From positions 1 to 60,381 of IMG/VR virus record IMGVR_UViG_3300027419_000035: DNA of 60,381 bases, one strand, 5' to 3'. A model generated the notes under the pieces. It did not search any database. It had not been told where the DNA came from and saw nothing but the letters and a program-made list of their open reading frames with translations. How positions within the stretch are numbered: the stretch's first letter is position 1; each line of letters starts with the position of its first letter. Of this stretch, positions 59,741 through 60,381 are shown in pieces. Both the position numbers and the translations under genes were made by a program. The DNA comes from a virus. Taxonomy: Duplodnaviria; Caudoviricetes.

Positions 59741-60145
59741 CTATACTCTGTTTTCATTAAACTTGGCAAGATTAATTTGCATTTTAGTAATATTAATCAA
59801 TGTTAAAATACTCTGGTTAATTGCCTGTGCTTGTTTTATAAACGAAGAATCTGTCTTCAATTTATCGATATTACCTAATACCAGGTTAGTAAGATTTGGT
59901 AACTGTTCATGACCCAATACTATAGGCATTGTGTTCTTCTTCCTGGTCACCGGCTTTTCATCAGAAACTGGAAGCCATTCTTCGAGTACCAAGTCTATAT
60001 GTTTTTTATGAAAGTTGAAATCTTTCTTATCAGTTATAATAGTAACGGTGTTTTCAACAATTGAATAATCAATCATTCTATAACATTCAAGTTTGTACAT
60101 CCACACACTATCAAGCATGTTGTCCAGTTTTTTCTCTAATTGCAT
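59741..60145 (-). CDS. Hypothetical protein
   Basis: 134 aa; C-terminal 'NIDKLK...QAQAINQSI...KMQI'. Confidence 0.55.
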   Translation of the reverse strand: MQLEKKLDNMLDSVWMYKLECYRMIDYSIVENTVTIITDKKDFNFHKKHIDLVLEEWLPVSDEKPVTRKKNTMPIVLGHEQLPNLTNLVLGNIDKLKTDSSFIKQAQAINQSILTLINITKMQINLAKFNENRV

Positions 60146-60381
60146 TGCGGATTTCTCTTTTTAATTGTAATTGTAGCCTTTTAATTCTTAATAACTCAGG
60201 TTGTTTAAGTAATTCTATTTTTAATTCTTTATCGCGCTCTATCAAAGAAGCAACATGTATGTCACTAGCTCCGTTATGCCAGTATTCTTCCATCGATTTA
60301 CGCATTGCCTCCGGATTTCTATTCCGATCAGCCTGCTCTTGACGTGTAATAAGTTCTAAATTTTCAATGCGCACGTCAAGT
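60111..60381 (-). CDS. HNH-like protein, C-terminal part (truncated by window edge)
   Basis: 'DVRIENLELITRQEQADRN' resembles the end of an HNH_3 motif. Confidence 0.5.
   Translation of the reverse strand, partial: LDVRIENLELITRQEQADRNRNPEAMRKSMEEYWHNGASDIHVASLIERDKELKIELLKQPELLRIKRLQLQLKREIRNAIREKTGQHA

Noticed and set aside
2532-60342. Short antisense or out-of-frame ORFs in the ORF track
   Set aside because: They are shadows of longer motif-bearing genes and have no recognisable motifs.
1-60381. Stop-codon reassignment
   Set aside because: Long conserved genes are intact in code 11, and TAA, TAG and TGA all end genes. The broken small genes involve different stops and frameshifts.

Overview
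AT-rich segment of a large tailed dsDNA phage, probably a phage-plasmid. Both window edges cut genes. Bases 1-14131 (+) hold tail/baseplate-type structural genes and a lysis cassette: a standalone PAS protein, two holin-like genes, a signal-peptide GH24 endolysin and a spanin-like gene. Bases 14137-60381 (mostly -) hold a plasmid-type Rep with a 21-bp-phased iteron array, and a replication/recombination module: dNMP kinase, a Cas4-like nuclease interrupted by a 253-nt group I intron, RuvC, a primase-helicase fusion, DnaE split into two genes with no intein, RecA, class II RNR, a Whirly-like SSB and RecD2. This arm also has a single-chain two-barrel RNA polymerase, RlpA, a ParA partition cassette and many small genes, several decayed. 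The main novelty candidates are the intein-less split DnaE with a duplicated junction, the PAS-in-lysis cassette, the iteron Rep plus ParA beside a lytic replisome, the group I intron, and a structured RNA/attenuator upstream of the recA block. All protein calls come from motifs read by eye, with no database searches. No tRNA, rRNA or CRISPR array was seen.
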